A stretch of 64,000 bases of DNA, from NCBI GenBank assembly GCA_903831045.1, contig CAIKWG010000003.1, positions 415 to 64,414 on the forward strand, given 5' to 3'. This DNA is from an uncultured archaeon (lineage in GTDB: Archaea > Nanobdellota > Nanobdellia > Pacearchaeales > GW2011-AR1). Every line of letters starts with the position of its first letter. The stretch's first letter is position 1. Below are positions 56,235 to 64,000 of the stretch, piece by piece. The notes under the pieces were generated by a model. That model was not told where the DNA came from. It ran no database searches and was given only the letters and a program-made list of their open reading frames with translations. Made by a program: the position numbers and the translations under genes.

Positions 56235-59200
56235 TTATGGTTTAGTTTGTTTATTAACTTTTTGCCCAATATTTGCTTTCTTGTTTAATTGAACCTGAGC
56301 AACAATGGTTCCAATAGGATAGAGGAAGAGTAGCAACAAAAAGGCACCTACTTTTCCAAATTTAGTAATATCCTCTAAAGCGTTTGAGTATTTGATGTAT
56401 CCAATTATTAAAACCACAGCGCAAACTATTATTATTCCGGGTGCAACAAATGAAGGAATATATTGACTAAGATAAATTCCTCTTAGACTAAACCAATAAA
56501 ATATAGCAATAACTAGAGAAAACATTAAATTTGGTAAGAGCAATAATATAAATCTTGGAGCTTTCTTTGTAATCTTTCTTAATTCATGTGAACTAATAAA
56601 TAACCAGATTATCCAGTATAATCCTAGAGTAATTATTCCTAAAAATACATGCCAGAATATGCTTCTTCTTTTGATTCCTTTATTGAATTGAACTGGTTGA
56701 CCATTTGCTTCTTTAACAGCTTCAGCTTTTCCTGGTTTCCACATTCCAGTATTTTTACCAAGATATTTTCTCATTACATATCTAATTTGCTCTGTAGACC
56801 ATTTAGCCTTTCTCAGTTTATCTCTAATCTCTTCTTCTGGAACTCCAGAAGTTTTTTGATTGTTAATATAAGTGATTAGATTGTACAGATTATTTCTATT
56901 CGGAAATAAACTATGTTCATATTTTTTATCATACCATCTATGCAGAACTACATATACTATTATGCCGATTATAATTACCACTGCAAATAAAATAGCTAAT
57001 ATCCACCAAGGAGTTGGTTCTGGTTCTGTTATATCCACTCCCAGATTAGGTAAGCTTGACATTACTGGAGAAATGAATAATGGAAGGCCAACAAAATCGA
57101 TATCTTCTGTTGTGGAAAAACTAATTGAGGTTTTATCATTAATCTTAACATAATAAAAACCATTACCCTTAGAAACAGGAGTGCTAAATTGTAATCCTGC
57201 TAAATCTTCCACAATTAAATAAACATTCTCTTCAAGAGGAGCTTTTGGAGTAAATGTCAAACTAAAAGTTTTTGTAAATGGAACTAAATCTGAACCATAC
57301 TTGTAATCGGTTTCTTTCATAGAAACCTTTGTGTCTAAATTTAACTGATTCCAGGATAAAATACCGTCGATATATTTGGTAGAATTTGCTGGATCGTATC
57401 TTTCTCCAGTTATATTAGATAAATAGGCTAAATTGATGTCCCCTTTTTCTGAATAATAGGAAATAGAATTTGTTGAAGTTTGAATTATTCCTTCTGGTAA
57501 CTCAAGAGCATTTAATGCATTAACTATTGTCAGATAGTCGCTTTCATTTGTTGCTTTATTAAAATATGATTTCAATGCATTTATTTGGCTTTCAACATAA
57601 GTTAAATTCAAATCTTCACTAATCTTAAGACTATTAAATGAATCAAAATTTGAAAGTTGAGTTTTAATTGTTGCTAGGTTTCTTTCCAGTTCTATCAAAG
57701 TGGCATTGCCAGTTTCTTTAGCAGATTGAACAGATACTGTAAATGTTTTAGAAAATATTCCTCCCTCTCGTGTTTCAATTCCAACCATCAACTGGTGATT
57801 TCCTCCTTCAAGGTAAGAATAACTAATCTGATTTGCAACTGTCTCTCTAGTTTTATTTTCTCCTTCAAATAGCCAAGCATATTTTATTGGAGTACTATCT
57901 GAAAGGAAGTTAACCTTGAAAACTGTAACGGAAGCAATTGGAACTCGTGTTGGAGTTAGTGTCATTGAAACATTTTTAATCTGTAACTTTTCATTCATTA
58001 AACTAGTTCCATTTAGATTCATTGTGTAAGAAATATTTCCTAATCTTGATGGAAGTTTGAAAAAATCATCAATAAAAAAATATTGATAACCAGAATTTAT
58101 TTTGGATGGAACTTTTTCAAGAATATTAAACTTATTATCTTCTATCCCTGGTAAATCCTGTTGATCATATTTTATTGAAAAATTTCTAAGAGTAATGTTC
58201 TGGGGAGCATTGGCACTTACTCTTATTGGAACATAGCATCCATTTGTACAGTCATTTGAACCATAACGTGAATAAATGTAATAGCTTGCTAGAAATGCAA
58301 GGTCTTCTCCACTGGTTGAGCCACCAATTAAATTTAAAGAGCCAACAGACCCAAACTTTTTTGGTTTTGCGAAAATATCATAGGCTGCAGTTCCATTCTT
58401 AATTGGAAGTCCAGAGAATCCGCAACCATTTGTAAGAGAATGACCTTTAGTTTTATATTCTCCTCCAGTTCCTTCTGAATATAAACAAACATAATACTCT
58501 CCTGCATCTGAAGTTAGATAATCCACTCCGCATGAAACTTCTCCACCTGAGCTAGTTATGTTAGTCTTGTTAATTGCACAATCAGCAACTTCAACTCCAT
58601 ATTTAGTATACATATTCATTTTAATCTTACTTGCTCCGAGGCTCTTCTCTACAACCCAAGCTCCAAGTTGATATCCAGGAGCTTCACTCAGATTAATCTT
58701 CTGACATAATGGATTAGAGGTGATTGCTAATTCAACATCACTAGCTGAAGCATTATAGCATCCAGTGTAATTTCCTCCAGAACAAACTGCACTTGAAGTT
58801 TTACTATTTGAAAATTCATAACTATCATCATCCAAAATATCTACCTTTAATTGATTATCACAGTTTTCTCCAGCACTACTGTCAATATTAAAATTTATTG
58901 AGTTTATGCTATCAAGAATTCCTCTAAATTCTATACCAAATGTAATACTCTCTCCTTTAGCAAGACTATAAGTTTTTGAACTCAATTTTTCTTGAGATTT
59001 ATAATTGTCTCCGCAGCCAACAACATCGCAACTAAAAATATAATTCTTATTTTTAGAATTATTTAATAATTGAAATAAACTAACATTGTTCCCTTGATTA
59101 TCCTTGAATTGTTCTTCAAGAGATTGATTCTGGAAGCTTATATTCATATATCCAGTTAAATAGGAGCCAGGACCATAGGTTTTTATTATTGTAACATTTC

Positions 59201-59294
59201 CTTTGCCCAAACTAAAGCTAGCAGAAGTAAAAGATATCATTACAATTAATAAAATAGAAAATAAAAAAATTGCATTTGCATTAGACTTTCTCAT
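56235..59294 (-). CDS. Large surface protein: signal peptide, ~740-aa ectodomain, TM, cytoplasmic linker and a C-terminal DUF4234-like multi-TM module
   Basis: SD GAGGTGAT upstream. Mid-protein TM WWILAILFAVVIIIGIIVYVVL. The C-terminal FLGIITLGLYWIIWLF motif is typical of DUF4234. Confidence 0.6.
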   Translation of the reverse strand: MRKSNANAIFLFSILLIVMISFTSASFSLGKGNVTIIKTYGPGSYLTGYMNISFQNQSLEEQFKDNQGNNVSLFQLLNNSKNKNYIFSCDVVGCGDNYKSQEKLSSKTYSLAKGESITFGIEFRGILDSINSINFNIDSSAGENCDNQLKVDILDDDSYEFSNSKTSSAVCSGGNYTGCYNASASDVELAITSNPLCQKINLSEAPGYQLGAWVVEKSLGASKIKMNMYTKYGVEVADCAINKTNITSSGGEVSCGVDYLTSDAGEYYVCLYSEGTGGEYKTKGHSLTNGCGFSGLPIKNGTAAYDIFAKPKKFGSVGSLNLIGGSTSGEDLAFLASYYIYSRYGSNDCTNGCYVPIRVSANAPQNITLRNFSIKYDQQDLPGIEDNKFNILEKVPSKINSGYQYFFIDDFFKLPSRLGNISYTMNLNGTSLMNEKLQIKNVSMTLTPTRVPIASVTVFKVNFLSDSTPIKYAWLFEGENKTRETVANQISYSYLEGGNHQLMVGIETREGGIFSKTFTVSVQSAKETGNATLIELERNLATIKTQLSNFDSFNSLKISEDLNLTYVESQINALKSYFNKATNESDYLTIVNALNALELPEGIIQTSTNSISYYSEKGDINLAYLSNITGERYDPANSTKYIDGILSWNQLNLDTKVSMKETDYKYGSDLVPFTKTFSLTFTPKAPLEENVYLIVEDLAGLQFSTPVSKGNGFYYVKINDKTSISFSTTEDIDFVGLPLFISPVMSSLPNLGVDITEPEPTPWWILAILFAVVIIIGIIVYVVLHRWYDKKYEHSLFPNRNNLYNLITYINNQKTSGVPEEEIRDKLRKAKWSTEQIRYVMRKYLGKNTGMWKPGKAEAVKEANGQPVQFNKGIKRRSIFWHVFLGIITLGLYWIIWLFISSHELRKITKKAPRFILLLLPNLMFSLVIAIFYWFSLRGIYLSQYIPSFVAPGIIIVCAVVLIIGYIKYSNALEDITKFGKVGAFLLLLFLYPIGTIVAQVQLNKKANIGQKVNKQTKP

Positions 59295-59405
59295 TTATCA
59301 CCTCTCCCATCGATAATAAAATTAGCAAAAACAACTTTATAAATATTGGTTTTAGACTAAACTATTTCAAAAATTGTTTTTTAATTAATAGAATAAATAA
59401 AACTC

Positions 59406-62375
59406 TTACTTTCTTTTCTTTTTAGAATCAGAAGTTTTATGCTTTGCTTTTTTCTTTTTATCTATTACAAAGATGTAATAGATTATTGCAACGATAACCA
59501 AAGCAATAACCAAATTAACCCAAGTAAATCCAGATAATTGAACCTGTGCAGGACAAGCAATTGTATTTTGTCCAATCTTACAATTTGAACTACTGTTTGT
59601 TGGATCATAATACCATTTTCCATCTGACCATAGAACGTGGTCTCCTGTTCCTGGATTAGTTGCATGACCAACATTTGTTACATCCCAAAACATTGTCGCA
59701 TTCCAAGTATAACTTAAGAATCCATCATTACAATTATCCCCACTCTTATCTTCTAGGAAATTACAACTTCCAACTCCAAGAGTATTAACACTTGGCCCAC
59801 ATACCCCTTCAGCCCAAACGCAAGTACATTCCACACCCGGAGTACTACAATTAATTGTTTCAACAACTTGGCTTCTATTTGCTACACTACAAATATCCTG
59901 TGTACATTGACCAGAATCTTCATAATCTGAACAAACTTTTCCATCTGTTCTAAACAATTCACAGGTCACAGTGTCTTCAACAAATACTTCTAAAATATCA
60001 TCATTTTTGAAAGATTTACTTTGAGTGTCATACCCAATTATAAAGTAGAATTCATAATTTTTATCTGCATCATCTGTAGCAGCGTCTAAAAATGTTTGAT
60101 AGCTAGTAGTGAATGTTCCAACAGCTGTTCCATCTGATTGTATTGTTGCAGTTATGGTGGTTATATTATCATCAAACACTATATCTTTTTCTTTAATGTT
60201 TATACTTAATGTTGCACCTTCTACTGGATTAGTAATTCCAGAAATATGGATTTTGAATGTTGTAACATTTCCATTAACTAAAGTATAATTATCTATCCAT
60301 AAAGTTCCTACTGAGTTTCTCCATTCTCCTGAAGCAGTTGTAATATCCATTTCTATTTCTGTTTGACAAATAGAACTACATCCATCACCATTAGCTATGT
60401 TTCCATCATCACAGGCTTCTCCCGTGTCTAATATGGAATTTCCACAAACTTCTAATTGGCAGGTTGCATTACATCCATCTCCTCCAATTAAATTTCCATC
60501 ATCGCAGGTTTCTCCACTTTCAATTATAGTATTATTACAAATAGGATTAGGGGTTTCAACCTGACAAATAGAACTACATCCATCATTGTTAACTAAATTT
60601 CCATCATCGCAACCTTCTCCATCCTCTTTTGCTCCATTTCCACAAACAGCTGCAGGGGTCATTGTAACTAATAGTTCGTCTGAAAAAGAAGTAGTTATTC
60701 CATTGATAGTTAATGCTTTAATGATAAACTTAAGAGGGTCTCCTTCTAAGAAATCTCTACCTAAATCCATTTTTTCTTTATTTACTATAAATGTAATCCC
60801 TGTGCTTCCACTGCTAACAGTTCCAGTTATAGTCTCAATAGGATCATCTCCTCCAATAGCATCTTTTTCATAAATATTAAAACTAGCAGGTAAATTGTCA
60901 CAACCAACAATTCCACTAATAGTTGCTGTTGAACTAGCAGAAAATCCTTCTGCAAAAGTAAGAGAATCAGGGGACCAAGTCATAGTAGCCCCATTAATAT
61001 TGCAAACAGAACTTTCATTCTGGCAATTAAGGTCACATCCATCCCCATTAACATAATTTCCATCATCACATTCTTCTCCTTCTTCAGTGATATAATTTCC
61101 ACAGGTACTCCCAATAGGAATCATTGTAACTGCTAATTCGTCTGAGAAAGATTTAGTTGCACTTCCAACTTGTAATGTTTTAACAATAAATTCAAGAGGA
61201 TAATCTTCTGCATCTTTTCCAGCATTAACTTTTGTGCTATCTACAGTAAAAGAAACACTAGCTCCACCATTGTTAACATTAGTTCCAGTTAAAGTTTCAA
61301 TTGGATCATCTCCTCCAACAGCATCTTTTTCATAAATTTGAAAACTAGTGGATAATCCTGTACAACCAATCATCCCACTAATTGTTGCTGTTGAACTAGC
61401 AGTAAGTCCTTCGTTAAAGGTAAGAGAATTAGGAGACCAAGTCATAGTAGCACCACTAAGGTCACAAACAACCAAGTCTTGAGGCTTTATACTCACATTC
61501 ATCCACTGTGAAAAATCTCCTCTAATTTCAAGTGTTTCATTAGTGTACTCTGAAGTTGCATAATCTAAATATAATGTAGCTCTTGGAGTGAATAAGGTGT
61601 AATTTGTAACAGAACTAATATCCGATTTTGAAATAACCCAATTAGCGATTATTTCTCCTCCAGTTCGAACAGTTGTGGTATTCTGCCAGATAGAATTTAC
61701 TCCGTTATAAATATCAACTCGTACTTGTCTTCCGTCCCCATTTCTTATTCCCGTTATTTTAACATTTCCTGAAAGACTACTAGCTGGAAAAGCACTTGAA
61801 TCAAATGTTAGATGTTCGGTTGGTTCATTAGTGTATTCTGTAAATAACCCTTCATCCCACCAACTAGCAGTTGCGGAATCAAATGTAGGAAGACAATCAT
61901 AAGCACAGTTTGTATGATTTTCTCCATTAAGGCAAGCCCCGTCATGATTACATCCAGTAAGAGTCAAAGAATTAGCACTAAGCTTATCGATAGATATTGC
62001 AGCCACCTTAAATCTAAATGAAAGTACTTTATTTATTGCAGTAGCGGGTACGGTCCAGGTTCTTTCAAAATTCTGTGAGGTTGCTGTTCCAGATATATCA
62101 CAAGAAGAATTGAACGCTGCTCCACTTGATTCAATTATATCAATGCAATAAGCTTGACCATTAGTTGATTCAAATTCTGCGAGGCCAATGCTAATAGATA
62201 TTTTTACATTCTGTGTTGTTCCATCATTCTTCACAAACAAAGAAGTTTGATTCCAATTTCCAGTAATAGAATCTCCTGCTCCTGCACTTACAAAACCTAC
62301 TACCATTAAGAATAAAAATAGACTTCCAAAAACTAAACTAAAACTTTTACCCCTCATTTTACATTTAATTAACAT
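59406..62375 (-). CDS. Giant secreted Cys-rich-repeat adhesin-like protein with C-terminal TM plus Lys-rich tail (true start probably M7 at 62357)
   Basis: Four CGNG..E.CDDGN...GDGC...C repeats (Myxococcus-type/DUF4215-like). An internal ~154-aa duplication. The C-terminus ends ..GFTWVNLVIALVIVAIIYYIFVIDKKKKAKHK.... A TATA box at 62389..62397 is too close to the first ATG. Confidence 0.65.
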   Translation of the reverse strand: MLIKCKMRGKSFSLVFGSLFLFLMVVGFVSAGAGDSITGNWNQTSLFVKNDGTTQNVKISISIGLAEFESTNGQAYCIDIIESSGAAFNSSCDISGTATSQNFERTWTVPATAINKVLSFRFKVAAISIDKLSANSLTLTGCNHDGACLNGENHTNCAYDCLPTFDSATASWWDEGLFTEYTNEPTEHLTFDSSAFPASSLSGNVKITGIRNGDGRQVRVDIYNGVNSIWQNTTTVRTGGEIIANWVISKSDISSVTNYTLFTPRATLYLDYATSEYTNETLEIRGDFSQWMNVSIKPQDLVVCDLSGATMTWSPNSLTFNEGLTASSTATISGMIGCTGLSTSFQIYEKDAVGGDDPIETLTGTNVNNGGASVSFTVDSTKVNAGKDAEDYPLEFIVKTLQVGSATKSFSDELAVTMIPIGSTCGNYITEEGEECDDGNYVNGDGCDLNCQNESSVCNINGATMTWSPDSLTFAEGFSASSTATISGIVGCDNLPASFNIYEKDAIGGDDPIETITGTVSSGSTGITFIVNKEKMDLGRDFLEGDPLKFIIKALTINGITTSFSDELLVTMTPAAVCGNGAKEDGEGCDDGNLVNNDGCSSICQVETPNPICNNTIIESGETCDDGNLIGGDGCNATCQLEVCGNSILDTGEACDDGNIANGDGCSSICQTEIEMDITTASGEWRNSVGTLWIDNYTLVNGNVTTFKIHISGITNPVEGATLSINIKEKDIVFDDNITTITATIQSDGTAVGTFTTSYQTFLDAATDDADKNYEFYFIIGYDTQSKSFKNDDILEVFVEDTVTCELFRTDGKVCSDYEDSGQCTQDICSVANRSQVVETINCSTPGVECTCVWAEGVCGPSVNTLGVGSCNFLEDKSGDNCNDGFLSYTWNATMFWDVTNVGHATNPGTGDHVLWSDGKWYYDPTNSSSNCKIGQNTIACPAQVQLSGFTWVNLVIALVIVAIIYYIFVIDKKKKAKHKTSDSKKKRK
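60654..61469 (-). repeat. Internal tandem duplication within the 989-aa gene (two ~118-aa modules, aa 303-420 and 457-574)
   Basis: VCDLSGATMTWSPNSLTFNEGLTASSTATISGMIGC... versus VCNINGATMTWSPDSLTFAEGFSASSTATISGIVGC.... The similarity is also visible in the DNA. Confidence 0.8.
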
Positions 62376-62460
62376 AAATGTCTTTTATAAATATTTCTGA
62401 GATTTTTGAAAACTTTAGATTGTTAAAATTTATGGTTTCGTCGTAAAAAAGAATAATAAT

Positions 62461-63825
62461 CTAATCTGGCAATTGTTTTTCAAATTTAGCTGTAGATTTT
62501 TCTTTAGGGGAAATATAATTTATAACATACACGCCTCTGGCAAAAGAATTAATTTTATCCGAAGGAATAATAATTTTACCTTCTCTATTTAATTCTATTT
62601 TCTGTTCATGAACCAATCTTCCAGAAAGGTCATAGACATTTAATATTCCATCTTCACCAAATTGTCCACTATTAATAACAACATTCAAATCATAACCTGC
62701 GGTCACAGGATTTGGAAATATATTTAATTTCTTTTCAAGAGGATTAACAATATCTTCGGTTCCACTTACAGGATTTCCTGGTCGTGATGTTATGAGATAA
62801 GGATTTTTGAAATTTAATGTTGGGGGGGTATTATTATGCATGATAAACTTTATTACCGGGAATTCCCCATAGATCCATGCTTCATTGACGGGGCTTTGAT
62901 AATAGTTTAGTCTTTCAATTTTAACAATGTCTCCTTCATTGTTTCTCATTGAAACATCTCCAGGAAAAACTCTTTTGTCCGTCTGTGGTTCTATAAAATA
63001 CCAATCATCAAAATTAGTTGGGTCTTCTCCAACAAGAATTCCATTCATTGCATGTCCTACTCCTGGTGTAGAAGTTGTTTCAACTTGATAAACTGGAAGA
63101 TTAAATAATCCATTTTCATTACTCATGTTAATTAGACCACTAAGATATTCATAACTATAAATTCCATTTTTGATGTCCTTTGCTTTTTCTAGTCCAGCAA
63201 ATTTTAACCAGAATCTTGTAGAATATTCTGAACAATCCCATCCTTCACGATAAGAGGTATTAGTATCATCCAATTTTACAAGTTTTTCAAAATAGTCAAT
63301 CTTTTCTTGTTTTGTTAAATAATTCCAGTCGCTTGGAGCATAAAGGGTTGTTCCATTCATTACTGATTGAATTATTGAAGCATCTGTTGAATTTGTTATT
63401 CCATCTCCGTTTACATCTCCTCTGTAGGAAGTGTTTCCATTCTGAATTGCTTGAACATCTGCAAATTCATTAATTACGTGATTCCCATTAACATCTTTAC
63501 TTCCATAATATTCTCTTTCTCCCATGTCTTTGTCTCTATAACCTGGTCTAATGAAAGGGTTTACAACCTGGTCTCCATACCAGCTTCCGGTTGTACTCTT
63601 TAGTCTGGGCATTTCATCTTCATAATTAGCTGTATTAATACTAGAATTATAGCTCCCGGTAACAATTCCCTGAGGATTCTCTGCAGTCACGTGTCTAGGA
63701 GAGAAGATTTTGGTCTGACTTTGGGCTTCTATCTTATTTGGAGCAAGTGCCAAAGCACCTAAAGTTGCACCTAAAAAAGCAGCCTTTTTCACACCTTTTG
63801 TTAGTCTATCTGTAAGCTTTTTCAT
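62461..63825 (-). CDS. Secreted transglutaminase/papain-like protein with dockerin-like repeats and a T9SS-type (Por) C-terminal sorting-domain-like module
   Basis: Signal peptide present. Dockerin-like DVNGNHVINEFADVQAIQ and GDVNGDGITNSTDASIIQ. Cys/His/Asp-like WDCSEYS, GVGHAMNG, FIEPQTD. C-terminal FPNPV...VYDLSGRLV...GVYVINY...KFEK. Confidence 0.6.
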   Translation of the reverse strand: MKKLTDRLTKGVKKAAFLGATLGALALAPNKIEAQSQTKIFSPRHVTAENPQGIVTGSYNSSINTANYEDEMPRLKSTTGSWYGDQVVNPFIRPGYRDKDMGEREYYGSKDVNGNHVINEFADVQAIQNGNTSYRGDVNGDGITNSTDASIIQSVMNGTTLYAPSDWNYLTKQEKIDYFEKLVKLDDTNTSYREGWDCSEYSTRFWLKFAGLEKAKDIKNGIYSYEYLSGLINMSNENGLFNLPVYQVETTSTPGVGHAMNGILVGEDPTNFDDWYFIEPQTDKRVFPGDVSMRNNEGDIVKIERLNYYQSPVNEAWIYGEFPVIKFIMHNNTPPTLNFKNPYLITSRPGNPVSGTEDIVNPLEKKLNIFPNPVTAGYDLNVVINSGQFGEDGILNVYDLSGRLVHEQKIELNREGKIIIPSDKINSFARGVYVINYISPKEKSTAKFEKQLPD

Positions 63826-63918
63826 CTTATTTAACTATGTAGTAGTAACTTATAAAGGTTTCTATGAATAGTATAATTTGAAAGAAAAGGGGATATTTAA
63901 TGGTTTTGGAGAAATGGG

Positions 63919-64000
63919 TTATAACTCCCCTCTAATCATCTCAATTACCTTGCCACTTATACTTTTAACGGGTTTTTCTAGAACTTCTTCATCTAAATCT
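63919..64000 (-). CDS. 3' end of a gene running off the window (unknown product)
   Basis: Open frame ...DLDEEVLEKPVKSISGKVIEMIRGEL-stop on the minus strand. Too short to identify. Confidence 0.3.
   Translation of the reverse strand, partial: DLDEEVLEKPVKSISGKVIEMIRGEL

Overview
This is an AT-rich (roughly 30% GC outside the rRNA genes), very gene-dense archaeal chromosome segment. It looks like a small-genome DPANN-type archaeon (Pace-/Woesearchaeota-like). That placement is inferred from archaeal 16S/23S signatures, archaeal information-processing genes and a compact archaeosortase-family gene. I could not run BLAST, HMM or RNA-folding searches, so every call rests on motifs read from the ORF translations and the DNA.

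Content in order:
- an S-layer gene with a long GC-elevated leader, then a surface-protein/archaeosortase cluster
- short Dph2, SepF, PfdB-RpoP-L37ae, tRNA-Pro, and L11-Spt5-(ORF)-SecE
- a frameshifted LMW phosphatase, FtsZ, FKBP, aIF5A-L40e, an S2P protease and Taw1
- a block of small unknown ORFs with a patatin-like lipase
- a 16S-tRNAAla-(81-aa ORF)-23S rRNA operon with no 5S
- a tandem array of five ~100-aa paralogs plus a 151-aa gene, directly downstream of rps2
- eno-rpoK-rrp42-rrp41-rrp4-sdo1-psmA-pop5, then RNase J and a Mtq2-like methylase
- a 2-oxoacid:ferredoxin oxidoreductase operon interrupted by a GNAT and a serine hydrolase
- mre11-rad50, psmB-aCPSF1, a presenilin-like protease, TrmB, two kinase-fold paralogs, a GT2 and the CCA enzyme
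- a GTPase/DUF2073/Zn-ribbon triad
- three large secreted or surface proteins: one with a DUF4234-like tail, one with Myxococcus-type Cys-rich repeats, and one with dockerin plus a T9SS-like C-terminal domain

I recognised no transposase, integrase, CRISPR array or cas gene.

The most unusual items are:
- the five-paralog array
- the ORF and palindromes inside the rRNA spacer
- the archaeosortase with a neighbouring candidate substrate
- bacterial-type surface domains in an archaeal context
- two genes broken exactly at poly-A tracts
- tail extensions on L11, S2 and RpoK
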